The notes under the pieces are model-generated. The model made no database searches. It saw nothing but the letters and a program-made list of their open reading frames with translations, and had not been told where the DNA came from. Shown one piece after another: positions 30,112 through 40,198 of a stretch of 64,000 nt of DNA. A program made the position numbers and the translations under genes. Position 1 is the stretch's first letter. Each line of letters starts with the position of its first letter. This stretch comes from Betaproteobacteria bacterium (lineage in GTDB: Bacteria > Pseudomonadota > Gammaproteobacteria > Burkholderiales > SG8-41): assembly GCA_900299145.1 (NCBI GenBank), contig OMIN01000149.1, positions 41,745-105,744 of the forward strand, in the 5' to 3' direction.

Positions 30112-32889
30112 ATGTCCACGGTGCTCGAAGTGGCAATCACCCAGCCGAGGCCACTTGCTTTCCGCTTGCCGGCGGTTGCGATATTTGCCCTGGGCTATGT
30201 CGGGCTGGTGCTGTTTGGGCAGTGGCTGTCGCTGAATCCGGGGCACTCATCGACTGTCGTGCTAACCAGCGGCCTGTATATGGCCGTACTGTTGAGCAGC
30301 GAAAGCAAGACTTGGCTTAAGTGGGCGGCCACAGTGTTCGTGACGGAATGCCTGATCGTGACGGGGCTGTTTAACGAAAGTGCGGTCGAAGCACTGTCCG
30401 ATGCTGCCAGCCACACTGCCGGCGCCTACGCTGGGGCACATCTGATACGTTTATGGCACGGGTTGCCTTTTCAAATCAATACCTTGCGCGATGTCGTCGT
30501 TTTCTCAGTGGGTACAGCACTACTGGGGCCGGCGGTCAGCATGGGCGTACATTTTTTGCTGGCGTCCGCGACGGGACATCATTTCTCGGGACTGGATTGG
30601 TTGTCTTATTGGACAGGTGACGCAGCTGGCGCCGTGGTGCTGGCTCCGTTGCTGCTGGCACTCCGCCAGCATGCCAGTGCGTGGCGCAACGTGACCCTCC
30701 TGAAGTGGATGGAAGCAGCGACTCTTTATTCCGCGCTGGCAATGGTGCTGCATATCCTGTTCACGCTGAAACTACCAACCATGTATCTGGCGCTGCCCCT
30801 GGTGCTTTGGGCTGCGGTGCGCTTGGGCATGCTGGGCACCACGCTGTTCATGTTCTTGCTGATGCTCTTCATGGTGCGTTACAACGCGCTGGGCTTGGGG
30901 CCTTATGGTGTGTTGACGATGGGCCGCTTGCTGATGGTGCAATCCTTTCTGGTCGTGACGGGCGTATCGGCACTGTGTCTGAGTGCAATCATTGTCCAAC
31001 CTCAGCAAGCGCAGCTGGCATTACGCCGCGCTCTCGACGAGCTCGAACACCGGGTTGCCCAGCGCACCGCGTCACTAGCCGAAAGTGAAAGGCGGCTGCG
31101 TGAAAGCAACGCACAATTCGCGGTGGCGCGCACGGCGGCGCGCATGATTATTATCGAATGGCACATTCCCACCGACACGGTAAAGTTTAGTGACGATCCT
31201 TCGTGGTTGCGTGGCCCGCCGCCGCCGGGCGGGAAATACCCGCTGTTTAAGTATCAGGTGCATCCCGAGGATCGTGCGAGGTTTCTGGAAACCCGCCAAC
31301 TGGCGATCGATACTCTACAGGGACGTACGTTGGACTACCGCGTGGTGCGAACCGACGGCATTGTGTTGTGGGTGCAATCCCACCAAACTCTGTTTGCCGG
31401 ACCGGACGGCAAAGCCGAGCGGCTGGTGTCTTCCACGCAGGACATCAGCGCGCGCAAGCAGATCGAAGCGTCGATGCGTGAATCGGAGCAACGGCTTCGG
31501 GCGTTGCTCGACGGCATTCCCGACCGAGCATGGCTGAAAGATGCGGACGGTCATTTTATTGCGGTCAATCGGGCGCAGGAACAAGGCTATGATCTACCGG
31601 CGGCCAAACTCATCGGCAAGACTATTTTCGATCTTCGCTCGCTCGAAGACGCCAAACGTGTCACCGCAGAAGACCGCATGGTCATGGGTAACGGCACGGC
31701 AATGACGTTTGAGCGTCGTCAGGTCGACGGTGATACCTGGGCGGAGATCACCAAGGTTCCCATTTTTGGTGCGGACGGCAAGCCGGTTGGGATTGCGGGC
31801 ACCTGGCGCGATATCACGGTGCGGAAGGCGGCGGAGCAGCGCGCGTTGCTGGAAAGTGAACAGCGCTACCGTACTCTGGTGAATGCAACATCTCAGGCGA
31901 TCTGGGTGCTGGATGCGGGTGGGCGGTTAAGCGCCATCATCAAATCGATTTCCGGAGATAATCTGGACTACCTTAAGGCGCGCAATTGGCTGGATCTTGT
32001 GCACACAGACGATCGTGAAGGTGCGGCAGCAGCGATGCAGACTGCCATAAGAACCAAATCAGCCTACGAACATGAACACCGCATTCTTGATCGGGAAGGC
32101 CGCACCTGAGACGTACTGGCGCGCGCAGTGCCGGTGTTCAACGCGGATGGGTCGGTGCGCGAATGGATAGGGACGTCGATGGATGTGTCGCGGCGCAAGG
32201 CGGCGGAGCGGGCTCTGCAGCAGGCCAATCAGACATTAAGGCGTCTTGCAGCCAGACGGGAGGCCGTGCGTGAAGAGGAGCGCGCGCGCATTGCACAGAA
32301 TCTGCATGATGGAGCGGGCCAGTCCATCAATCTGCTACGTCTGAAACTTGCGGCAATAGCGCGCCGCCCGGGCGACGAGGCACGCGCCGCACAGCTAGCC
32401 GAAGCCCAGGGCATAATCGACCAGATTAATCAGGAAATACGGTCTCTGGAGTTCGAGTTAAGCCCTCCTGTTCTGCGCCAACTGGGCTTGGTGCCTGCCA
32501 TTGGTTGGTTGGCCGAGGATATGCAAAGATCCTACGGTCTAGGGGTGGTGGTCAATGACGACGAGGAAGAAAAGCCGCTGGATCAGACCCTGCTTGCGTC
32601 AATGTTCCGCGCTGTACGGGAACTGTTGATTAATGTGGCAAAACATGCCAATGTAAATACCGCGCACGTGGATATTCAGCGCGCGGAGGGGAATATCCTG
32701 ATCACGGTCAGCGATATGGGAAGCGGATTTGACCTTGCCAAGCTGGACCGGCTTGAAACCACTGGTCTTGGTCTGGCGGGAGTTCGGGAGCGCACGGAAT
32801 TTGCTGGCGGCAGCTTGCACGTCAGCAGCGTACCGGGCGCAGGCACAACAGTTACCATTACCATGCCATTGAGCGAGAAGACATTATGA
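30112..32889 (+). pseudogene. MASE1-PAS-PAS-PAS-HisKA_3 sensor kinase interrupted by in-frame TGA at 32107-32109
   Basis: ORFs 30112-32109 and 32128-32889 are in the same frame and the PAS domain continues across the stop; EERARIAQNLHD H-box; GLGL G-box. Confidence 0.8.
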
Positions 32890-33530
32890 CGATACGAGTA
32901 GCCCTGGCCGATGACCACCGGATGTTGCTGGATGCGCTGATTGCCGTTTTGGCGCATGAACCGGATTTGCAGGTGGCAGGGGTGGCGGCTGATGGGCCCG
33001 CCACCCTGAAACTGGTCCAGGAGATCGAACCGGATGTGCTGGTGCTGGACATATCAATGCCCGGCATGAATGGTGTGGACGTGGCGCGGCAACTTCACAA
33101 GGAACATCCCAAGGTCAAAATCCTGGCGCTCTCGGCCTACCTCGACAAACGCTTTGTACAGGAAATGCTGAAGGCCGGCGCCATGGGCTACGTCACCAAG
33201 ACGGCAGCGCTGACGGATTTGCCGCGTGCCATACGCGCGGTGGCCGAAGGGCAGAACTTCCTTAGTTCGGAGATTACCGCTGCCGTAGTCAGCGAAATCG
33301 CGCCACAGGGAACTTCTGCAACGCCCCCATTGAGTGCCTTGAGCCCGCGCGAGCGAGAAGTCCTGCGGCTGGTTGCCGATGGCGTTCGCACAGCGGAAAT
33401 TGCCCGCCGCCTGGGGATAACCGAGGCAACCATTGAAGTGCACCGCCGCAATGTCATGCATAAACTGGAGCTGCGCACCGTGGCGCAGTTGACCAAGTAC
33501 GCGGTACGCGAGGGGTTGACCACGTTATAG
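32886..33530 (+). CDS. NarL/FixJ-family response regulator (REC + LuxR HTH)
   Basis: LADDH, LDISMPGMNG, LSPREREVL. Confidence 0.93.
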   Translation: MTIRVALADDHRMLLDALIAVLAHEPDLQVAGVAADGPATLKLVQEIEPDVLVLDISMPGMNGVDVARQLHKEHPKVKILALSAYLDKRFVQEMLKAGAMGYVTKTAALTDLPRAIRAVAEGQNFLSSEITAAVVSEIAPQGTSATPPLSALSPREREVLRLVADGVRTAEIARRLGITEATIEVHRRNVMHKLELRTVAQLTKYAVREGLTTL

Positions 33531-33660
33531 CGCTGTACCGCATATTTTGGGAACCGTCACACCGCGCGCCCGGCGTGACACGACCCTAGATGTACCGAAA
33601 AGTGAATAAATTTAAATACTTGGAAATTAGTGTGGCGTCGGCGAAAGCGGTCGTTGGACT

Positions 33661-35358
33661 ATGAGTACTTCTGTGCCAGCGATCTCAGATACGCGTGTCG
33701 GGCGTGAGCAACGGCGCCTTGCCGTGCAATATGAGGTTGCGCAAATTCTTGCGCAAAGCCAGGGCTTGCGCCAGGCGACGCAGGCGGTATTCAAAACCAT
33801 ATGCAGCCAAGAGGGCTTCGTGGCCGCTTCGTTGTGGAAGGTATCCAAGGACGCAGAGTTTTTGCAATATGTGGATTTTTGGACCGAAGACAATTCTGCT
33901 TTGGTTAACTTTGTTGCCGAGTCCTTGACGCTGCGAATTGCGCCGAACACGGGCTTGGCGGGGCGAGCGTGGGCGACCGGGCGGCCGGTGTGGATACCCG
34001 ATATCCGTGAGGTGCCCGATCTACCGCCTCCTGCGGTCAGGGCAGGCTTGCGTTCTGGCATGGCGTTTCCGGTAGCCGTGCAAGGCGAAGTTATGGCCGT
34101 CATGGTGTTCTGGAGTTTCAATCCGCGTGAGCAGGCGCGTGAAACACTTGAAATGTTTCATGCACTCGGCAATCAGCTAGGGCAGTACCTGGAGCGCCAG
34201 ATTCAGAGTGCCAAGGTATCGCGGCTGACGAGATTGCACGCGGCCGTGAGCGCGGCCAATACTGCGATTGCAGGCGCAACCAGCCGCCAGCAGTTTTTTC
34301 AGGATATTTGCCGTATCGCGGTAGATGATGGCAAATTCGCAATAGCTTGGATCGGCGAGTACGATGCCACCACCCTGGAAGTCAAGCCAGTTGCCTATGC
34401 CGGCGAGGAAGCAGAAATGCTGATGGGGGCGGGGGCGGCGACGGCAGATACGAACTTGCCACGCGGGCATTCGCTTGTAGGACGTGCCATACGTACGGGG
34501 CAAGTGGTCTATACGAACGATCTGTCTGCTGAGGCGAGTACGGGCGGCCCGCGCCCTGTGGAAGCCTTGAGGCGCGGTTACCATTCGCTACTGGTGACAC
34601 CCTTGTTCGAGGGAGACAAGGTGGCTGGCACCTTGTCGCTGTTTGCGAAAGAGGCGGATTTTTTTACTGCCGATGAAGTTGGATTGCTGAACGAACTGGC
34701 GCGGCATGTGTCAGTGGTTCTGGAACATCTGCCACGTGGCGCGGCGCCGGTATCACATGCTCTGCGGGACGCGCTGACCGGCGCCGCCACACGCGAATTG
34801 CTGGAGGAATTGCTGCGTCAAGCGGCGGCCCATGCGAGCCGCGACGAACACACAGTCGCAATTGCGGCAATCAAGCTGGCCAACCTGAACGCGATTTGCG
34901 ATAGGCTGGGCCGCCGGACGTGCGATGCCTTGCTGCAAACCGTTGCGATGCGCATTCAGAAGTGCATCCGTAAAACGGACACTCTGGCGCGCGTGTACGA
35001 TAGTGAATTTGCGTTGCTGTTGCCACTGAAGTCAGATGCCGCCATGGTTTCCCACGTAATGTCGCGTCTGAGAAGCAACGTTTTCGACCAGGACAGCCTA
35101 CGAGCATTGTTGTAGGGCGTATTGGACGATTTGCGTCGCCCATTGGCATTGGAAGGCATGGCGCTGAATATTGAGTTTGGCATGGGAGTCAGCATTTATC
35201 CGCGGGACGGCAGCGGGCTGGATCGGTTGTTACAGGCGGCCGCGCTGGCGGCGGCAGCGGCCTACGAGTCCAGCAGTGGACAATTCCAGTTTTATTCCGC
35301 CAAGATGGCCGGAGGTGAAGGCGCTTTGCGCGGGAGTGATTCGCCGCAGGTGGCTTAA
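33661..35358 (+). pseudogene. GAF-GAF-GGDEF (degenerate) protein interrupted by in-frame TAG at 35113-35115
   Basis: Two GAF-like regions; RDALTG...DTLARVYDSEF; the same-frame downstream ORF completes the domain (GVSIYPRDG). Confidence 0.72.
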
Positions 35359-35386
35359 GCACGTGGTACAGGCGACGTCTGCGGCT

Positions 35387-35758
35387 TCAGACTATCAGCA
35401 CCGCTGCCAACACCGCGCGGCCTTCGGCAAGCAAGATATTGTAGGTGCGGCAGGCGGCGGGGGTGGCCATCACTTCAATGCCAATTTGCGCTGCGGCAAA
35501 GTCGCGTAACAGCAAAGGTGGCGGAAATCGTTGCGATGCTCCCGTGCCTAGTATGACGATCTCCGGCTTAAGCTCCAGCAGATAGGCCAGGTGTGCTTCG
35601 CCCAATTCCGCGAAACCGTTGACGCGCCACGTGTCGTATACGGCGTTTGCCGTGATGGCCAGCGACTGTTCATAGCGCTGGCCATTCACCGCGACATAGC
35701 CTTCGCCGTGCCCGGTAAAGCGATTTTTGCCGTCCTCCGCCGCCAAATGCAATTTCAT
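35387..35758 (-). CDS. Mth938-like (DUF498) protein
   Basis: PEIVILGTG, EVMATPAACRTYNIL..EGR. Confidence 0.9.
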   Translation of the reverse strand: MKLHLAAEDGKNRFTGHGEGYVAVNGQRYEQSLAITANAVYDTWRVNGFAELGEAHLAYLLELKPEIVILGTGASQRFPPPLLLRDFAAAQIGIEVMATPAACRTYNILLAEGRAVLAAVLIV

Positions 35759-35875
35759 GAATATTCCAAAGCGTGTTACATAAGTTTTTGATTTGCTTGA
35801 ACTTCCTTGCTCGGCTAAAATTATACGCTGACATATCCCGTTAACTTATTGCTCACCGAATATCGAAGTCCGCGC

Positions 35876-37060
35876 ATGGAAGAGTTTCCCCGAATCAAAC
35901 GGCTGCCGCCTTATGTGTTTAACGTCACCGCCGAACTGAAGCAGGCGGCACGCCGGCGTGGCGAAGATGTTATCGACTTCAGCATGGGCAACCCCGACGG
36001 CCCCACGCCGCAGCACATCGTCGATAAACTGGTGGAAACCATCGCGCGCCCGGATACGCATGGATATTCGGTGTCGAAGGGGATTTTCCGCTTGCGCAAG
36101 GCCATCTGCAACTGGTACCAAACGCGCTACAACGTTGAGCTGGACCCCGATTACGAAGCCATTGTCACCATCGGCTCCAAGGAAGGCATCGCGCATCTTG
36201 CGCTCGCCACGCTGGAGCGTGGTGATGTGGTACTCACGCCCAACCCCAGCTATCCGATCCACATTTATGGCCCGGTGATTGCCGGCGCGGAAATCCGCCA
36301 CGTGCCCATGCATGCGGACGTGGATTTTTTCGATGAACTCGAAAAAGCCATCCGCAACGGTTATCCCAAGCCGAAAATGCTCATCGTCAATTTTCCCAGC
36401 AATCCAACTTCACAGTGCGTCGACTTGGCGTTCTTTGAGCGGCTGGTGGCGATTGCGCGCGAGCACAATATTTACGTCGTGCACGATCTGGCGTACGCCG
36501 ACATTGTGTTCGACGGCTATCGAGCGCCATCGATCCTCGAAGTGCCCGGCGCCAAGGAAATCGCTGTCGAGTTCTTCACCATGTCGAAGAGCTATAACAT
36601 GGCCGGCTGGCGCGTGGGTTACATGGTCGGCAACCGCGACCTCGTTTCCGCACTCGCGCGCATGAAGAGCTATCACGATTACGGCACGTTCACACCGATA
36701 CAAGTGGCGTCGATCATCGCGCTCGAAGGCCCGCAGGATTGCGTCGAAGAGGTGCGCCAAACCTACCAAAGCCGCCGCGACGTGTTATGCGCTGGCCTGC
36801 ATGCGGTAGGATGGAACGTGGAAATTCCCAAGGCGGCCATGTATGTGTGGGCACCAATCCCGGAGAAATACAAGAAAATGGGATCGCTTGAGTTTTCCAA
36901 GAAATTACTCGCCGATGCCAAGATCGCTGTCGCACCGGGCATCGGTTTCGGCCACTATGGCGATGGACACGTGCGTTTTGCAATGATTGAAAATGAAGCA
37001 CGGACAAGGCAAGCGTTACGTGGCATTAAAGAGATGTTCAGGAAGGATGGACTGCTATGA
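35876..37060 (+). CDS. alaC: Alanine transaminase (class I/II PLP aminotransferase)
   Basis: [32 protein letters not shown]; synteny with hom. Confidence 0.92.
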   Translation: MEEFPRIKRLPPYVFNVTAELKQAARRRGEDVIDFSMGNPDGPTPQHIVDKLVETIARPDTHGYSVSKGIFRLRKAICNWYQTRYNVELDPDYEAIVTIGSKEGIAHLALATLERGDVVLTPNPSYPIHIYGPVIAGAEIRHVPMHADVDFFDELEKAIRNGYPKPKMLIVNFPSNPTSQCVDLAFFERLVAIAREHNIYVVHDLAYADIVFDGYRAPSILEVPGAKEIAVEFFTMSKSYNMAGWRVGYMVGNRDLVSALARMKSYHDYGTFTPIQVASIIALEGPQDCVEEVRQTYQSRRDVLCAGLHAVGWNVEIPKAAMYVWAPIPEKYKKMGSLEFSKKLLADAKIAVAPGIGFGHYGDGHVRFAMIENEARTRQALRGIKEMFRKDGLL

Positions 37061-37218
37061 GTCCAGCGATACAGGGCTTCATTCCGGCGCAGGCTAACTT
37101 TTGCTTAGCAAAAGTTAAGTTCGACGGTACGTCGAACGACCGTAGCCAAAATGAAGCACGGACAAGACAGGCGTTACGTGGCATTAAAGAGATGTTCAGG
37201 AAAGACGGCCTGCTATGA
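36990..37218 (+). repeat. 71-bp direct repeat (36990-37060 and 37148-37218) flanking an 87-bp double-hairpin core
   Basis: 66/71 identical; core hairpins at 37095-37117 and 37119-37137. Confidence 0.92.
37057..37218 (+). CDS. 53-aa mini-ORF ending in a copy of the AlaC C-terminus, ATGA-coupled to alaC and hom
   Basis: [53 protein letters not shown]; translated by hand. Confidence 0.6.
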   Translation: MSPAIQGFIPAQANFCLAKVKFDGTSNDRSQNEARTRQALRGIKEMFRKDGLL

Positions 37219-38528
37219 AACCCATCAATGTAGGCTTACTCGGCATCGGTACCGTCGGCGGCGGCACATTTACCGTGCTTGAACGCAACCGCGAGGAAAT
37301 CTCGCGTCGCGCAGGGCGCGATATTGTCATCACGGTGGTGGCCGACAAGGACATGAAGCGCGCCAATGAGGTGGTGAAAGGCCGCGCGAAAGTCATCGAT
37401 GATGCGATGGCGGTGGTGAACGATCCGTCCATCGACATTGTGGTTGAATTGATCGGTGGTACGGGAATTTCCAAGCAATTGATTTTAAAGGCAATTTCCA
37501 ACAAAAAACACGCGGTAACCGCGAACAAGGCGCTGCTTGCGCAGCACGGTAACGAGATTTTCGCGGCTGCACAAAAAGAAGGCGTGATGGTGGCGTTCGA
37601 GGCGGCGGTGGCGGGTGGTGTGCCAATTATCAAGTCGCTGCGCGAAGGTCTTGCGGCGAACCGTATTGAATGGATCGCAGGCATCATCAACGGCACCTCG
37701 AATTTCATTTTGTCGGAAATGCGCGACAAGGGCGCGAGCTTTGACGACGTGTTAAAGCAGGCGCAAAAACTCGGCTATGCCGAGGCTGACCCGACGTTTG
37801 ACATTGAAGGCGTCGATGCCGCGCATAAGCTGACCATTATGGCGGCCATCGGGTTTGGCATTCCGATGCAGTTTTCCGCAGCCTACACCGAAGGCATTTC
37901 AAAGCTCACGCGCGAAGACATTCAGTACGCGGAAGATTTGGGTTACCGCATCAAGCTGCTTGGCATTGCCAAGCGCAAGGCTGGCGGCATCGAACTACGT
38001 GTGCATCCGACGTTGATCCCGGAAAAGCGCCTGATCGCCAATGTCGAGGGCGTGATGAACGCGATACTGGTCAAGGGCGATGCCGTCGGGCAAACCATGT
38101 TCTATGGCGCGGGTGCGGGCGCGGAACCGACGGCTTCCGCAGTGGTGGCCGATTTGATCGACGTCGCGCGTACCATGACCGCCGATCCAGAACATCGCGT
38201 GCCGCATCTGGCGTTCCAGCCGGATCGGTTGTCCGACATCGCGATATTGCCGATGGGCGAAGTTGAAACCGCCTACTACCTGCGGCTGCGGGTGCAAGAC
38301 AAACCCGGCGTGCTGGCGGACATCACGCGCGTGCTGGCTGATCTTGGCATTTCCATCGATGCCATGGTACAAAAAGAGCCGAGCGAAGGCGAAGCACAGG
38401 CCGACATCATCATGCTCACGCACCGCACGGTGGAAAAAAGCGTTAACGCGGCGATTGCGAAAATCGAGGCGCTGCCGGTGGTGACAGGCAAGGTCACCCG
38501 CATCCGGCTGGAAGCGCTGGATAAGTAG
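37215..38528 (+). CDS. hom: Homoserine dehydrogenase with ACT domain
   Basis: GIGTVGGG, VTANKAL, EAAVAGGVP, GYAEADPTFD. Confidence 0.97.
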   Translation: MKPINVGLLGIGTVGGGTFTVLERNREEISRRAGRDIVITVVADKDMKRANEVVKGRAKVIDDAMAVVNDPSIDIVVELIGGTGISKQLILKAISNKKHAVTANKALLAQHGNEIFAAAQKEGVMVAFEAAVAGGVPIIKSLREGLAANRIEWIAGIINGTSNFILSEMRDKGASFDDVLKQAQKLGYAEADPTFDIEGVDAAHKLTIMAAIGFGIPMQFSAAYTEGISKLTREDIQYAEDLGYRIKLLGIAKRKAGGIELRVHPTLIPEKRLIANVEGVMNAILVKGDAVGQTMFYGAGAGAEPTASAVVADLIDVARTMTADPEHRVPHLAFQPDRLSDIAILPMGEVETAYYLRLRVQDKPGVLADITRVLADLGISIDAMVQKEPSEGEAQADIIMLTHRTVEKSVNAAIAKIEALPVVTGKVTRIRLEALDK

Positions 38529-38532
38529 GGCA

Positions 38533-38668
38533 GAGCAGTGAGCTGTTTAAGGTGAGCAGTAAACAGTGAGCATCGCCATCGACGCCGCCTCGGTCCCGAA
38601 TTTTGCCTTGTTGGGGCGGTTTACCAAGGCGAGCGGGTGCTGTTCACGGTCTACCATTTACTGTTCAC
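38533..38668. repeat. Inverted arrays of heptamer repeats (GAGCAGT ... ACTGTTC) between hom and thrC
   Basis: About six left units and four complementary right units. Confidence 0.6.
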
Positions 38669-38679
38669 GAGGCTAATTA

Positions 38680-40092
38680 GTGCGCTACATCAGTACTCGC
38701 GGCGGCATGAGTCCGCGCGGTTTTCGGGAAATCCTGCTGGAAGGCCTGGCCACCGACGGTGGATTGGCAATGCCGGAATCGTATCCTCGCTACGAGGCCC
38801 CTGATCTCGCACGCCTGCGCAAACTGAAATATCGCGATCTGGCGTTCGACATTCTGTCGCGTTACATCGACGATATTCCCGCCGCCGATCTCAAGCGGCT
38901 GATCGACGCCACATACACAGCGGAAGTGTTCGGTAGTGACGACATCACGCCGCTGAAGACGCTGGAGCCGGGTCTTCACATTCTGCAACTGTCGAATGGA
39001 CCGACGCTGGCGTTCAAGGATGTGGCGCTGCAACTGCTCGGCAACCTGTTTGAATATGTTCTCGCTGAGAACCACGGTGAATTAAACATACTCGGGGCCA
39101 CATCGGGTGATACGGGTTCCGCCGCCGAATATGCGATGCGCGGCAAGCGCGGCGTGCGCGTGTTCATGCTGTCGCCGCACGGCAAGATGAGTCCGTTTCA
39201 GACGGCACAGATGTACTCGCTGACCGATCCGAACATATTCAATATCGCGATCAAGGGCGTGTTTGATGACTGCCAGGATATTGTCAAACAGGTATCCAAC
39301 GATGCGGAATTCAAGCGTCGACATCACATTGGCACGGTGAATTCGATCAACTGGGCGCGCGTGGCGGCGCAGATCGTCTACTACTTCAAGGGCTACTTTG
39401 CCGCTACGACGCTCGACACGCAGCAGGTGTCATTCGCCGTGCCGTCGGGCAACTTCGGCAACATTCTCGCCGGACACATTGCGCGCATGATGGGTTTGCC
39501 GATCCGCAAGCTGATCCTCGCCACCAACGAAAACAACGTACTCGACGAATTTTTCCGCACCGGGCGTTACCGGCCGCGCGGTTCTTCGGAAGTGCATCAG
39601 ACGTCCAGCCCGTCGATGGATATCTCCAAGGCGTCGAATTTTGAGCGTTTTGTATTTGATCTTACCGGCCGTGACGCGGCGCTGCTGCGTACGCTGTGGC
39701 AGTCGGTCGACGGCGGCGGTGAATTCCGGCTGGCCGATACGCCGCTCCTGGGCAAAATGCCCGGCTTCGGCTTTTTGTCCGGCACGAGCACGCACGCCGA
39801 CCGCATCGCCACCATCCGCAGCGTGTATCAGCGTTATGGCGTGATGATCGACACGCACACGGCAGATGGCGTCAAGGTGGGGCTGGCGTGCCGCGAACCC
39901 GGCGTGCCGCTGATTTGCCTGGAAACCGCACAGCCGGTAAAGTTTGCCGAAGTTATCAAGGACGCACTGGGCCTCGAGCCGGAATGTCCCGCAAACTGCC
40001 GCGAACTCGCGCAGTTGCCGCAGCGGGCGGAGGTTATGGGGGCCGATGCCGCGGCGGTAAAACAGTATGTGCACGATCATTGTGTATCGTAA
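38680..40092 (+). CDS. thrC: Threonine synthase
   Basis: YISTRG, GPTLAFKD, ATSGDTGSA, NSINWAR, VPSGNFG. Confidence 0.97.
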   Translation: MRYISTRGGMSPRGFREILLEGLATDGGLAMPESYPRYEAPDLARLRKLKYRDLAFDILSRYIDDIPAADLKRLIDATYTAEVFGSDDITPLKTLEPGLHILQLSNGPTLAFKDVALQLLGNLFEYVLAENHGELNILGATSGDTGSAAEYAMRGKRGVRVFMLSPHGKMSPFQTAQMYSLTDPNIFNIAIKGVFDDCQDIVKQVSNDAEFKRRHHIGTVNSINWARVAAQIVYYFKGYFAATTLDTQQVSFAVPSGNFGNILAGHIARMMGLPIRKLILATNENNVLDEFFRTGRYRPRGSSEVHQTSSPSMDISKASNFERFVFDLTGRDAALLRTLWQSVDGGGEFRLADTPLLGKMPGFGFLSGTSTHADRIATIRSVYQRYGVMIDTHTADGVKVGLACREPGVPLICLETAQPVKFAEVIKDALGLEPECPANCRELAQLPQRAEVMGADAAAVKQYVHDHCVS

Positions 40093-40198
40093 AATTATTA
40101 AAATAAATCAAATGTTTACGATAATATTCCGCACTTGATAACGCGCCTCGATGTCCGGTCTACTCTGTAACTTCTAACGCCAAGCTCTGCCTCCGCCC

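Noticed and set aside
32107-32135. Selenocysteine recoding of the in-frame TGA
   Set aside because: Only a weak hairpin follows, and the PAS position fits Arg (CGA) better than Cys; a point mutation is simpler
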